A stretch of DNA of 64,000 bases. Source: an uncultured virus (IMG/VR IMGVR_UViG_3300009036_000501) (taxonomy: Duplodnaviria > Heunggongvirae > Uroviricota > Caudoviricetes). The stretch lies in the IMG/VR virus record IMGVR_UViG_3300009036_000501. One strand, written 5' to 3'. How positions within the stretch are numbered: position 1 is the first letter of the stretch; every line of letters starts with the position of its first letter. Under the pieces are notes generated by a model. The model worked only from the letters and a program-made list of their open reading frames with translations. It searched no databases and was not told where the DNA came from. Shown one piece after another: positions 34,926 through 46,006 of the stretch. The position numbers and the translations under genes are program-made.

Positions 34926-36128
34926 ATGGGCTACATGTCTAAGGCTTTCAAATATGTTGTTATTGTTTCTGGGTTAAGTGTCTGTGTTTTGTTTCCAGGT
35001 AATCATATTTGGGGTGCTTCGTTTGAAGAACAGATAACAAATGTGGAAAAGGATATCGAGTCGACCAAGAAAGAACATGAAGATACGAAGACCCAACTCG
35101 ATGCTCTTCGCAATCAAGATATAGGAAACAGAGGTGATTTACTGCAAATAGATGAGACGCTCACGTACACGATGAATAGAATGGGCATTTTAGAGAAGCA
35201 GATCGCCACCATGAGTCGGGATGTAGAAAGGACAGCACTCGAACTAAGATCTGTAGAGAAACGAATGGATAAAAATAGAGATATTGCCGATAATAGGTTA
35301 AGATACATGTACATGTACGGTTCTACATCCTATGTGGATTTAGTGGCAAATTCGGAAAACTTTTCCGATCTGTTGAATCGGATTGCACTGGTAAGAATGT
35401 TGGTTGATGCCGACCAAGAGGTGCTGAAACAACAAGCAGAGGACTTGGCATTGGTGGAAGAAAAGAAAAACAAGATTGAATCTAAATTGGATGAAATAAA
35501 GAAGACATCTTTATTGATGGAACGTATGAAATCTGTATTAGAAGAGGAGAAAGTAGATAAGACGAATATCTCTGTCAACCTGAAAACCAACATTGAAGAT
35601 TTGGAACAAACAACAGAAGAACAAATTAAGTTACTGGCAGATCTGGCAAGGGAGAAGTCTAGGCTTATATCTCTAAAAGAAAGGGAGGAGATGGAGGCCG
35701 CTAGAGCAAGTAGTATTGCAACCAATACTGGGAAATTTCAGTATCCTTTGGAGTCAGAATATGCAATGACCTCTGATTATGGCTACAGAGTACATCCAGT
35801 CACACATGAATTAAACAAGTTTCATGCAGGTATGGACATAGGTGCCCCCCAAGGAACACATATTTTAGCTGCCGAAACTGGAGTAGTTCTTGTAGCAGGT
35901 GAACAAAGTGGGTATGGGAATGTAGTGATAATAGATCATGGGCAAGGTGTCTGGTCAGTATACGGACACATTATGAACAATGGTATTCACGTATCAGAAG
36001 GGGACCAAGTGGCTCGAGGACAGTATATAGCAGATGTGGGATCTACCGGACGATCAACTGGACCTCATCTACATTTTGAAATTCGAGTTGATGGAGAACC
36101 TACAGACCCCAAACCTTACATTCAATGA
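34926..36128 (+). CDS. Secreted coiled-coil M23 peptidase (EnvC-like architecture)
   Basis: Signal peptide, coiled coil, HAGMD and STGPHLHFE motifs. Confidence 0.9.
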   Translation: MGYMSKAFKYVVIVSGLSVCVLFPGNHIWGASFEEQITNVEKDIESTKKEHEDTKTQLDALRNQDIGNRGDLLQIDETLTYTMNRMGILEKQIATMSRDVERTALELRSVEKRMDKNRDIADNRLRYMYMYGSTSYVDLVANSENFSDLLNRIALVRMLVDADQEVLKQQAEDLALVEEKKNKIESKLDEIKKTSLLMERMKSVLEEEKVDKTNISVNLKTNIEDLEQTTEEQIKLLADLAREKSRLISLKEREEMEAARASSIATNTGKFQYPLESEYAMTSDYGYRVHPVTHELNKFHAGMDIGAPQGTHILAAETGVVLVAGEQSGYGNVVIIDHGQGVWSVYGHIMNNGIHVSEGDQVARGQYIADVGSTGRSTGPHLHFEIRVDGEPTDPKPYIQ

Positions 36129-36146
36129 GGAGAGGAATAAGACAAT

Positions 36147-36419
36147 ATGAAAAACTTCAAATTCATTCTTAACTATTTGGCTCCGATACTAGGTCTTGGT
36201 CTAATTTTGGGACTTGCAAACACATGGTTGTACTACGCAGAGACTTCATTATCCAGTGGGTGGATCACTACTATTTCTGTAGTAACAATGGTTGCTGCAG
36301 TTGCCGTACTTGCCCTGTTGACAAAACGGAGTGGCATCAAATTTTTGCAAGCAGTGTATTGGATAGTGGCAGGAGATATACTCGGAGTTGCTATAATGGT
36401 GGGTATACTAAACATATAA
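36147..36419 (+). CDS. Small three-TM membrane protein
   Basis: Hydrophobic 90-aa ORF with RBS. Confidence 0.65.
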   Translation: MKNFKFILNYLAPILGLGLILGLANTWLYYAETSLSSGWITTISVVTMVAAVAVLALLTKRSGIKFLQAVYWIVAGDILGVAIMVGILNI

Positions 36420-36462
36420 AAAAGAAGGATGTAGGGTCAGACCTACATCCTTCTTTTTTATA

Positions 36463-37422
36463 TTAAAAATTGAAAACAAAGTCAGAATCTTGTAGAGGTT
36501 CGATGTTTAGAGTCTTAACATAGCCATTGCCTTTCTTAGAGAAGAAGTCATGCTGTTTTGTCTGAGTTCGAATACCGTTCAGGACAATCGCGTTTACTTC
36601 TTCGTCAGGGAATTGCGGCTCCCGACCCAGGTTCATAAAGGCTTTATTGGCATTGTAACGAATGAAGGCTTTAACTTCGTCGGCCAACCCAACACGTGAG
36701 TACAATTCTTCAGTGTACAATTCCTCATTCTTGTGAAGAGTATTCAAAAGAACCAAGACTTCGTCATCTACCTCTTTTTGTTCACTCTCGCTCAGTTCCT
36801 CAAACAATTCTTGGGCGAGGAAACCTACATATGCACCGTGAATACTCTCGTCTCGCAAAATCAAATCGATGATTTCTCCACTATGTGTCATTTTTCCTTG
36901 TCCTGCCAAATACAATGGGTAGAAGAACCCGCTGTAGAACAGATAACTTTCTAGGAATACCGAAGCCACCATTGCCATGTAGAGATCTTTAGGGGTCTGG
37001 ATGTTGTTGTAGTATTTGGATATGACACTAGCTTTTTTCTGCAAGAGAGGGTGTTGCTCAACCCAAGCAAATATCTCGTCAATAGCACTCGTATCGGCCA
37101 ACGTAGTAAAAATACTGCTGTAGGATTTAGCGTGGATATGTTCCATCATACCCATAAAGCCAAGAACGGCTTTACGTTGCATTCCGTCTACATGCTCCAT
37201 AATTTTGGGCATTCCGACACCACCTTGGATTGTATCCAAGAGCGTCAACCCACCCAGAACTTGCATATATGTCGATTGTTCATCATCATTTAGCGTAATC
37301 CAGGACATCTTGTCTTCGGAGAGAGGTATTTCTTCATCTGTCCAAAACTGCATAATATTTTGTTGCCAAAATGTAATTGTGAATTCGTCATCGGGTCTAT
37401 TCCAGTTAACTGCCTTAGCCAT
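36463..37422 (-). CDS. nrdF: Ribonucleotide reductase class Ib beta subunit
   Basis: LTLLDT, MEHIHAKSYS, DESIHG, HDFFS motifs. Confidence 0.95.
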   Translation of the reverse strand: MAKAVNWNRPDDEFTITFWQQNIMQFWTDEEIPLSEDKMSWITLNDDEQSTYMQVLGGLTLLDTIQGGVGMPKIMEHVDGMQRKAVLGFMGMMEHIHAKSYSSIFTTLADTSAIDEIFAWVEQHPLLQKKASVISKYYNNIQTPKDLYMAMVASVFLESYLFYSGFFYPLYLAGQGKMTHSGEIIDLILRDESIHGAYVGFLAQELFEELSESEQKEVDDEVLVLLNTLHKNEELYTEELYSRVGLADEVKAFIRYNANKAFMNLGREPQFPDEEVNAIVLNGIRTQTKQHDFFSKKGNGYVKTLNIEPLQDSDFVFNF

Positions 37423-37452
37423 TAGTTTACCTCCTCAGTGCTCTTACTCGGA

Positions 37453-39534
37453 TTAAACCGAGCAAGAGACACAATCATCGATTCCCAGATTTTTGGTACG
37501 TGTGTAATACAATGCTTTTAGTCCCTTTTTAGCCGCGTACAGATAGTAACGACTTAGGTCCCTAGTCGAAATATCACTGGTCACGTGCAGGATTGTAGAA
37601 ATTCCTTGGTCAATATGCTTTTGCATTTCCGCTACCAAGTCAATGACCTTAAACTGCGACATGTTGTAGGCAGACTTGTAGAAGAACATATTATCTGCAG
37701 ACAGGTATGGCATAGGGTAGTGAGTTGTAGAGTTTGCGTATGTTCTGGTCTCAATTTGCTCTACTACCGGCATAGTACTTGGGGTAGCATTTTGCAGATA
37801 CGAAATACTACCTGTTGGAGCAACAGCAAGTCTGTAAGCATGGTAGAGACCATATTTTTTCACGTCTGCAGCCAGTCTTTCCCAATCTTCTGGGGTTGGG
37901 ATGTGCATACCTTCGAAAAGAGATGCTACTTTATCTGTACGCGGTGAGTGGTCCTCTTTATATTGTTCAAAATAAGTTCCTTTTGCATACTCGGATCTTT
38001 CAAATCCACGGAAAGTCTCGCCTTTATCTCGAGCGATGTGCATACTTTTTTCAATTGAATAGAAGTTTACAGCCGCGAAAAAGACACGAACAAAGTCAAT
38101 GGCTTCATCACTCTCATAAGCGATTTTGTTCTTCGCCAAGAACCCGTGGAGGTTCAATACCCCAAGTCCTACAGAGTGTAACTCTTTGTTAGCTTTAGCC
38201 ACTCCAGGTGCATTTGTGATGTTGGACATGTCCGAAACAGCTGTTAGGGCAATCATACCCTCGTACACCGTTTCTTTAAGTTTTCTGCGTTCCATCACAT
38301 TTACGATATTCATTGAAGCCAAGTTGCAACTGATGTCTCTGTTAATGATATCTTCATACCCATAGTCTGTAATTACAGATGTTTCTTGAAGTTGGAAAAT
38401 TTCAGTACAGAGGTTGGACATCTTAATGGTGCCCAAGTCTTTCAATGCGTGCACTTTGTTAGCGTTGGAACGATTCATGATGTATGGATAGCCGGACTCT
38501 AACTGAGTCATCGCTATCTTAGTCAACATATCTCGAGCGCTCATCACGACACGTTTTTTGACTTTCTCGTTAGACAGCAAGTCCTCGTAAACTTCATCCA
38601 TGTCCATATCATCCATATGTTTGCCATAAGCTTCGTACACGGAATGTGGTGCGAATACATGCAGTGGTTTGTTTTCCTCGGCGAGTTTGTAGAAGATGTT
38701 TGGAACAATCAAACCGATAGATAGGGTTTTGATACGGATTTTTTCATCGGCATTGATCTTTTTACTATCCAAGAATTCCAAAACATCCCATCCAAAAATG
38801 TTGTAGTAGGCAGCACCGGATCCTTTTCGTTGTCCGCCTTGGTCTACATATGAGAAGACATCTTCCATGAGTTTCATTACAGGCATGATGCCTTTCGCCG
38901 CGCCTTGTACCCCTTTTACATCTTCGCCACGTGCCCGAAGCTTAGACAGATTTACAGCCACACCACCACCAATTTTTGACAGCTGCATACATGTGCCGAT
39001 GATATGTTGGATTGAGTTGATTGTATCGTCGACTTCCAAGAGGAAGCAGGAAACCAGTTCTCCACGGTGTTTACGACCAGCATTGAAGAATGTTGGTGTA
39101 GCGGGTTGTAGACGTTGTTCCATCATAGAGTCGACGAGTATCTCAGCCACGGATACGTCTCCACGAGCTAAGTGAAGAGATGTAGCCGCTACACGATCTG
39201 CATAATCCTCAAGTTGTTGTGAGTGATCGTTTGTATCCATGGAGTAATCCTTATAGAACTTGGATATAGCCATGTAAGACTCAAAAGAAAAATCGTGGTC
39301 GTGTGCTCTTTCAAAAATGCCAACAACATTGTGTTTTTCGTACTGGCTAACGAAGTTCTCGTAGTAGCCCTCGCCGATCATGTAGTTGATCTTACTTTCC
39401 AAGTCTACGAAGGCCTTTGTTTTTTGAGCCACGAACTCCTTATATGCCACAACAGCTTCCTTATCTTTATCCAGCCTGTAAAACCCGTCAGGGCCACGTT
39501 GGGTTAACTCATTGTTCAACACTATGTGCTTCAT
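37453..39534 (-). CDS. nrdE: Ribonucleotide reductase class Ib alpha subunit
   Basis: PATPTF, SCFLL, SNLCTE, APTGSISY, YYTR, C-terminal CVSC. Confidence 0.95.
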   Translation of the reverse strand: MKHIVLNNELTQRGPDGFYRLDKDKEAVVAYKEFVAQKTKAFVDLESKINYMIGEGYYENFVSQYEKHNVVGIFERAHDHDFSFESYMAISKFYKDYSMDTNDHSQQLEDYADRVAATSLHLARGDVSVAEILVDSMMEQRLQPATPTFFNAGRKHRGELVSCFLLEVDDTINSIQHIIGTCMQLSKIGGGVAVNLSKLRARGEDVKGVQGAAKGIMPVMKLMEDVFSYVDQGGQRKGSGAAYYNIFGWDVLEFLDSKKINADEKIRIKTLSIGLIVPNIFYKLAEENKPLHVFAPHSVYEAYGKHMDDMDMDEVYEDLLSNEKVKKRVVMSARDMLTKIAMTQLESGYPYIMNRSNANKVHALKDLGTIKMSNLCTEIFQLQETSVITDYGYEDIINRDISCNLASMNIVNVMERRKLKETVYEGMIALTAVSDMSNITNAPGVAKANKELHSVGLGVLNLHGFLAKNKIAYESDEAIDFVRVFFAAVNFYSIEKSMHIARDKGETFRGFERSEYAKGTYFEQYKEDHSPRTDKVASLFEGMHIPTPEDWERLAADVKKYGLYHAYRLAVAPTGSISYLQNATPSTMPVVEQIETRTYANSTTHYPMPYLSADNMFFYKSAYNMSQFKVIDLVAEMQKHIDQGISTILHVTSDISTRDLSRYYLYAAKKGLKALYYTRTKNLGIDDCVSCSV

Positions 39535-39883
39535 CGATTGTCTTCATCCCTTCTAGGAAATTTAATACATCTTTTTGTCTTCCGGATAATTCAAACTTCG
39601 AAATAACAGGTACACCGTACTGGTTCGATATTAGGTCAGCACTTCTGGCAAACATATCTCCCCAGTTCTTGTTCCCACTTGCGGAAACACCTCTCAAGTA
39701 TGCCGAGTTGTCTCTCAAGAATTTTTGCACCTTTTCTGGGATTTGTCCAAACCCTGTTGTATATGTGACCAAGACGAAGGGCTCTTTAACCTCCACCATC
39801 TCAGATATCTCTACATATCGAACATCTAGTTTTTTCATGAACCGACGAACATTGCCGGTTTTGGAGTGGTAGACTACCAGCAT
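39509..39883 (-). CDS. nrdI: Flavodoxin-like RNR activator
   Basis: SKTGNV, TYTTGFG, SGNKNWG, FELSG. Confidence 0.93.
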   Translation of the reverse strand: MLVVYHSKTGNVRRFMKKLDVRYVEISEMVEVKEPFVLVTYTTGFGQIPEKVQKFLRDNSAYLRGVSASGNKNWGDMFARSADLISNQYGVPVISKFELSGRQKDVLNFLEGMKTIDEAHSVEQ

Positions 39884-40344
39884 AACTTGTCCTCCTCGTC
39901 TTTTTGAACATAATACATACCAGGGATATGTATATACAGCCCACTATTATAGTGGGTATACCAACCATAACTGGTGTTATATGGAACTTGTCCAATATAG
40001 AGGTGTATAGAACTGATATCAATTCACCCTAGACATGACCTTTCATAAGAAGGTATAGCTGTCTATATTCGCATGATGATTGACTTTAGATACAGTAATT
40101 ATACATACTTCCATATGACTGTTTTATAATTGTATCACATATACAGGAATATTGTCAATACATGCACATACCTCTCTCTCGGTACACTCTTGATATATTC
40201 TTTGTAAAAAGTCTGGAGTATCCCTGTGTATCCACATAACACTTGACAGAGATTAACTCAAGGTGGTATATTGGTTATACAAATGCAACATTTTGTAAGT
40301 TTGATGTTATCCAATGGGAGAAGTTCCAGAAGGGGTGTGTCGAT

Positions 40345-40665
40345 ATGGATGTTTCAGTCGATGTACATGAAGGTGCATGGATACTAGGCGAAGACACCAG
40401 ACAGGACGCGAACATCATTGGATTTGTGACACATGTAAACGATGGTACACAAGAGGTCAGTATATTTGTGGTAGAATCAGACGTAGACACATTGATACAC
40501 AATGTGGCAGTTGTCAGACTTGAAGATATTGTGACTCTGGGTCTAGAACCGATTAGCTACTTGGGCGAAGTCCAAAATCTCATAGACATGGCACTGGATG
40601 AGCGGAATGAACAGTGGTTTTTACAGTTGTGTCAGCTAATGAAAAAGATGCAGGGATACACCTAG
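40345..40665 (+). CDS. IDEAL domain protein
   Basis: C-terminal LIDMALDERNEQWFLQL. Confidence 0.75.
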   Translation: MDVSVDVHEGAWILGEDTRQDANIIGFVTHVNDGTQEVSIFVVESDVDTLIHNVAVVRLEDIVTLGLEPISYLGEVQNLIDMALDERNEQWFLQLCQLMKKMQGYT

Positions 40666-41447
40666 AGGTGCGTCCCTGCATCTTTTACTTTGTCTAGTAT
40701 GCTCTTTGAGTACTTGCTTACAGGAGTGCCGTTTGTACGTACATAAGAGCGCATCCCACCTTGCCCCCTGTTGTAAGCCGTTAGAACTTTATGCCAATCC
40801 TTATAACCTGCGAATTTGTCACCATCGCCATAATACAAATACTGAAGATATGTAGCCGCTAACGTGGTGCTGTACTGCACATTGGAGAGCTGAGACTCAT
40901 CCCATTTCACTTTTGCGAGAGCTGCTAGTCCGGGCCCCGTATCGTCAGGCATAATTTGTGCAATACCTTTGGCATTAACGTAATGTGTTATAGTGCCATA
41001 TCTGTTCTTCCTAGGTATATTAGGCCCCACGGCATCGGAATCAAAATGGGACTCTTGTCTAAACATCTCTACAATCAATAGAGGCTCGATATTTCTGTTC
41101 CTACATACCATGATGATATGACGTATTTCTTCTTTTGTTAATTTGCCACCTGCTACTCCAAATAAGAAGACAATTTCTTCGGCATGCGGATCAACATCCT
41201 CTTTTTCCTTGCTGGCATCAGCATCCACATTCTCCGATACTTCTAATTCCTGCTCCTTAAAATTCAAAGAGAGATATAAACTAGCTATCGATCGAAATGT
41301 GTAGGATTCTTCTTGTACAACATCCGGAGACTCGGCTTTTGCAACAATCTGGTGTGTGACCAACCCGAGGATCAGAGTAGCAACGATAAGATAAGACCAT
41401 GAAGAACGACTAGTACATAATTTCACACAAATTACCTCCACATACAT
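40662..41447 (-). CDS. Lytic transglycosylase (SLT domain), exported
   Basis: QESHF, GIAQIMP, AYNRG motifs. Confidence 0.85.
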   Translation of the reverse strand: MYVEVICVKLCTSRSSWSYLIVATLILGLVTHQIVAKAESPDVVQEESYTFRSIASLYLSLNFKEQELEVSENVDADASKEKEDVDPHAEEIVFLFGVAGGKLTKEEIRHIIMVCRNRNIEPLLIVEMFRQESHFDSDAVGPNIPRKNRYGTITHYVNAKGIAQIMPDDTGPGLAALAKVKWDESQLSNVQYSTTLAATYLQYLYYGDGDKFAGYKDWHKVLTAYNRGQGGMRSYVRTNGTPVSKYSKSILDKVKDAGTHL

Positions 41448-41506
41448 ATTATATATATTATAAGATGATTATAATATGTCTGTATGTGGAGGTCAATAAT
41501 TGGAAC

Positions 41507-42019
41507 TTAGATATATGTGGTTAGATGATAGTACTTTATGTCTGCCGGTTCTGATTTGACACCATACGAAGAAAGATGATCAGCCAACCACACTCGGACA
41601 TCCTTCATGTTTTTATTGAGCCCGACAAGCACATCATGGGTGACGATACCTATGATCAGGAATTCTTCATCCGCATTGCAGGACTCCTCAGACTTCCCAA
41701 TGGCTGTGCCCCTATATGTTCGTATCCAATTGTCTCGTCTAACCTGACTTGCGAGATATTGTTGCATATAATGTATCTCTAAAGATTCCCTCTGTATTGT
41801 TGTACGGCATAGCACAGCTCTCTCAAAACCCTCTTCTGATAAATATGACATCCCTCGTATTTCTAAAGTATCAGCATCTGCACCCACAAGTGCTAGCAGA
41901 TCTGTGTCTGATAAGGAGTCAAATATGGTTTTGCAGTCTATACGGACGCCTACCACATGATTCTCTGGACTAAACATCATCATCCCTCCAATTGTATGTA
42001 TGTGTATTAAACCATACAA
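41507..42019 (-). CDS. Hypothetical protein
   Basis: ORF with GGAGG RBS before MMMF. Confidence 0.6.
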   Translation of the reverse strand: MYGLIHIHTIGGMMMFSPENHVVGVRIDCKTIFDSLSDTDLLALVGADADTLEIRGMSYLSEEGFERAVLCRTTIQRESLEIHYMQQYLASQVRRDNWIRTYRGTAIGKSEESCNADEEFLIIGIVTHDVLVGLNKNMKDVRVWLADHLSSYGVKSEPADIKYYHLTTYI

Positions 42020-42109
42020 CGACTATAAGACACAAGTATGTGAAGAATTGACCCCCATCCCTTGGGTGTGGTATAATAAATGTACACATGGTGTAATAAA
42101 TGTTGAGGA

Positions 42110-42658
42110 GTGTTGAAGATGAATGGATTGACGCGCAATATTGATATTGACGAAGTGTATAAGGAGATGATTTTTCCAGTGTTTGGATCACAAGAGATTG
42201 ATCTTACCACTGAAGAATTTGAGTTTCTCACAGAGGACACACGCGACCCACACTTCGCGATACTGACGAAAATGAACATGGCCGTACGAATGGGTCTCTT
42301 CCCGATGTACACTGAGGTCTACACTGAATTGCGCGACCTGTTGAGTGCAGAAACGTCTTTCACTGAACCCGGCAAGCAATTCGATTTCCAGTATGACAGA
42401 AACAAAATGATTGATTTTCAATACATTGACTTCCGAGAAAAACAAAAACAAATGTATCACGTGATGTATTTGTTGGACAAGGGTTTGGTTATCTCCACTA
42501 AGCTGGCCTTACCAGCTCGCACCGATGAGGATGTTGAAAAAGTATCTTGGTCGGAACTGGTAATCAACGGCAAGTCTTACAATGTAGAAGATGCGGACGA
42601 AGATTTTCGACATAAGTTCTCTGACATGATGCACCAGCATCCATTCAACCCATCATAA
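42110..42658 (+). CDS. Hypothetical protein
   Basis: 182-aa ORF, GAGGAG RBS, promoter upstream. Confidence 0.65.
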   Translation: MLKMNGLTRNIDIDEVYKEMIFPVFGSQEIDLTTEEFEFLTEDTRDPHFAILTKMNMAVRMGLFPMYTEVYTELRDLLSAETSFTEPGKQFDFQYDRNKMIDFQYIDFREKQKQMYHVMYLLDKGLVISTKLALPARTDEDVEKVSWSELVINGKSYNVEDADEDFRHKFSDMMHQHPFNPS

Positions 42659-42674
42659 TATGAAAGAGGCAGTG

Positions 42675-44519
42675 TCATACAGACACTGCCTCTTTTTTGT
42701 TGTAAGATGTATGGACCAGCATTTCCGTCAACTTATCTCTACTTATATACTTTTCTTTTAACAATTCAGACGCGATGGCCTCAACCACATCGTAATGCAT
42801 ATTTATCAGATCCTTGGTCTCGGCATACAGACTTTCTCGCAAGTTTTTGACTTCTTCTTGTATGAGCGCATTGTATTCGTTGATCTGATCCACGAATAGA
42901 TTAGGCAGATTGTCCGACATTCCATACTTACCTACGTAGGCGTGCAATAACCGGTTTGCTTCCTGTATATCCCCCGCAGCTCCTACAGTATAATCTCCAT
43001 CGGTTAACAATTCTTCTACTATTCGGCCTGCAAGTAGAACCCGCACTTTGTTTTTTATGTCACTTCTACGTGCTAGTAAGTTATCATTTGTACTAGAGGC
43101 CATGTGGCCCAGAGATTGACCATAAGGTGTGACCGTTACATATGCCACAGATTCCGCACCTAACTTATCCACGAGTACTTGAACAGCAGTATGACCTGCT
43201 TCATGATATGCTACTAGTTTCAGATCTGAATCTGACAAAGCTTCATTTCTTTTCAAACCTGCTACATGTCTAATCATAGATTCTCGCAGAGAAACAATAT
43301 CAACTTTCTCTTTCAAATCTTTATGTGCTATCACCTTGGAGTCTTCAATTATTCGTTCAATATCTGCACTGCTTTTTCCTCCAGTCAGTCTAGCCAATTC
43401 CTCTACGTATACGGGGTGCAACACTTCGTCTTCAAAGACATCTTTCCACTTATTAAGATACATGGTCACAATCGAGTTGCGATCTTCTTTGTTCGGATTT
43501 GGCATGTATATGTGTTTGTCGAATCTACCGGATCTAGTCAGTGCTGGGTCCAAAGATTCCAACAGATTTGTAGCCGCTATAAACAGGACTTGGTCTTCCA
43601 CTTCGAATCCATCCATTGCTGTAAGCAACGTGTTCAAAGTTTGATTAAGCTCTACCACAGTCCTTTTTTCTCTTTTTGATCCTATGGCATCTATCTCATC
43701 AATAAATAAGATGGCTTTCCCTTTGTCCTTGGCGCCCTTTTTTACCTCTTTTAACACTTTATTGAGTCTTTTACTGCCACTCCCTACGAATTTATCTTCG
43801 ATCTGTGCTGCAGAGATGTGGAAGAATGGAATGTCGCTTTCTCCTGCTACCGCTCGTGCACACAAGGTTTTGCCATTTCCTGGGGGTCCATACAATAGTA
43901 CACCCTTCGGAGGGCGAACCGAGTATCTTTCGTATTCTTGGGGATGAGTCAACATATGGACAACAGACTGTAGCTCATCTTTTACATACGGATAGCCTGC
44001 CACGTCTTTTAATGTAGTTTTTTCCTCATCTGCTTGTGCCACTTTTATATCCTCGGTAAACATGTGTGACATACTTTTGAACAAGAGCAACATAATCAGG
44101 ATCATGAATACACTTGGCAAGTACGTCATGACAGATGTGACTTGGGATGCAAAAGAAGTCTTCGTCTCTAGGCGTATGTTGTGTTCAGCCAGTTTTTTAT
44201 ATACGTCCGTATTGAAAGAAAAATACATCGATGGGTACTTAGTCACGTATTTAGTGCCATCAATAGAATACCGGAGCAGTCTATCCTTCTCATAGTCATA
44301 GATATATTCTATATGAGATATTTTGTCTGTATTTAGTATGTTGGTAAATTCTGTAATACTTTGCTGTTTGTACTTGGCTTCATTAAAGGTCTCGCTTACC
44401 AACGCAAAGCATATGGCAAACACTCCCACTAAGGCCACCATTGTATAAATAAGTAGTTTGTGTTTTTTCACGATGTTCTTCCTTTCTGTTGTGAGTATAT
44501 ACATTTTATCATACAGCAA
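42675..44519 (-). CDS. ftsH: FtsH-like AAA+ zinc metalloprotease
   Basis: Two TM helices, GPPGNGKT, FIDEID, ALTRSGRFD, HEAGH. Confidence 0.88.
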   Translation of the reverse strand: MLYDKMYILTTERKNIVKKHKLLIYTMVALVGVFAICFALVSETFNEAKYKQQSITEFTNILNTDKISHIEYIYDYEKDRLLRYSIDGTKYVTKYPSMYFSFNTDVYKKLAEHNIRLETKTSFASQVTSVMTYLPSVFMILIMLLLFKSMSHMFTEDIKVAQADEEKTTLKDVAGYPYVKDELQSVVHMLTHPQEYERYSVRPPKGVLLYGPPGNGKTLCARAVAGESDIPFFHISAAQIEDKFVGSGSKRLNKVLKEVKKGAKDKGKAILFIDEIDAIGSKREKRTVVELNQTLNTLLTAMDGFEVEDQVLFIAATNLLESLDPALTRSGRFDKHIYMPNPNKEDRNSIVTMYLNKWKDVFEDEVLHPVYVEELARLTGGKSSADIERIIEDSKVIAHKDLKEKVDIVSLRESMIRHVAGLKRNEALSDSDLKLVAYHEAGHTAVQVLVDKLGAESVAYVTVTPYGQSLGHMASSTNDNLLARRSDIKNKVRVLLAGRIVEELLTDGDYTVGAAGDIQEANRLLHAYVGKYGMSDNLPNLFVDQINEYNALIQEEVKNLRESLYAETKDLINMHYDVVEAIASELLKEKYISRDKLTEMLVHTSYNKKEAVSV

Positions 44520-44564
44520 CAGTATAGCTCAAGGAAGGGGACAAAGTATTGACGAAGACAGCTT

Positions 44565-45158
44565 ATGATCTTAAAATGGATTATGTCAGGAGGGATAGAC
44601 AGGATGGATATACACACAGTTTATACGCATGTGCAAAGAGTGTTCTTGGCTTGTCTTCACGATATGAACGACTACTTGGAGACATTACACTCACAAGAAG
44701 ACCATATTCTCAAACGGGATGCCCTGGCAGAGGATCTAGAAGTATCAGGGAGTGGAAAAAGTAAGAAGGAAAGATTCTTAGTGTTCCTTGGAATACACGG
44801 GGGAAGTACAATGACTAGGGACAGGATAGATATACTGTCTGAGATAGACTACCATGACCATTATATTGAACACTTAATACATCAAAATTTCCAACGTCGA
44901 AAGAGGATTAAGGGACAACTGGATTGGTTGAGGAAGACCATAGACACTATGCGTGAACATCATCAAGAAGTGAGAGTGTATATTGCTAATCATATGAAGG
45001 GGAAATCGCGAGAGGAAAACATTGACTTACTGGTACTAACAGGAGCAGAAGAAAAGATGAACACATTGTTTGATAACAAGAACATGATAATTGCTGAGAC
45101 AGAAGCGTTGCTATCATACTTGGAAAGAGAAATACGGAGGCAAGGCGATGATATATAG
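44565..45158 (+). CDS. Helical hypothetical protein
   Basis: 197-aa ORF. Confidence 0.55.
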   Translation: MILKWIMSGGIDRMDIHTVYTHVQRVFLACLHDMNDYLETLHSQEDHILKRDALAEDLEVSGSGKSKKERFLVFLGIHGGSTMTRDRIDILSEIDYHDHYIEHLIHQNFQRRKRIKGQLDWLRKTIDTMREHHQEVRVYIANHMKGKSREENIDLLVLTGAEEKMNTLFDNKNMIIAETEALLSYLEREIRRQGDDI

Positions 45159-45222
45159 TACTGTACAAGTTCCTGTTTTATTGACGCCTCCATTTGGTAT
45201 GTGCTATAATCAAATTGAGTCA

Positions 45223-45924
45223 TCACTTTTTAGGATGACGACGCAATACACTCACTACATTTTTCAGGCTGTAATACGCTAAAAACGCTATTCTTGTGCT
45301 AAGAAACACTAATAGTCCGTATAAGAAAAAAAGCTTGGTGTAGTATTGCCAAACATCGGGAAAATAAAATGTGTGAGGCACCGCCAAGATGAGAGCTACC
45401 CCCAGCACTGTAATACGGAGGAGAGCCTTTCTACGGTCAAGACCAAACAGCCAGAAGAAAAAGAAGTGTATGATATCAAATAACACTCCGATGTAGTAAA
45501 GAATGCTATTCACATACAACTGGTGGGATCGTCTCAAATCGTTGATACGTGTAAAAATGTATGTCGAATGGAGGGCGAATTTGCCTGACCACACGATTGC
45601 CAGAGACGAAATAGATCCTAGTTCTTCTCTGCTCAGATCTGCTACGTGAGGAATGTGGATCTCTGGTTCCGGAGGAGTAGGTTTACTTGTTGCTTTGGTC
45701 GTTGAAATTTCTTCTTCATTTTCACGAGATAGGTCATAATCTCGACGACAGACGGGATTTGAGAGCACTCTATACGCTTCCTGCAGTTCTACAAACAACT
45801 TCGTCGTATCTTTATTTTGATTCACATCTGGATGCAATAATTTACTTTTACTTTTATACGCTGCGCGTAATTCTTCTGCCGTCGCACTATTAGTTACACC
45901 TAACACGACATAGTAGTCTTTCAT
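45223..45924 (-). CDS. J-domain membrane protein
   Basis: MKDYYVVLGV...HPD...EAYRVLS plus C-terminal TM helices. Confidence 0.85.
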   Translation of the reverse strand: MKDYYVVLGVTNSATAEELRAAYKSKSKLLHPDVNQNKDTTKLFVELQEAYRVLSNPVCRRDYDLSRENEEEISTTKATSKPTPPEPEIHIPHVADLSREELGSISSLAIVWSGKFALHSTYIFTRINDLRRSHQLYVNSILYYIGVLFDIIHFFFFWLFGLDRRKALLRITVLGVALILAVPHTFYFPDVWQYYTKLFFLYGLLVFLSTRIAFLAYYSLKNVVSVLRRHPKK

Positions 45925-46006
45925 CGTGATACACCTCCCACATTGTACCTTATACTACAATTATAACACACAGAAGGGTTTACCCGCAAGGAATTGGGGG
46001 ATTGTA

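Noticed and set aside
34926..36419. Endolysin-holin lysis cassette
   Set aside because: The M23 protein has a signal peptide and EnvC-like coiled coil; the small membrane gene alone is insufficient evidence for a holin.
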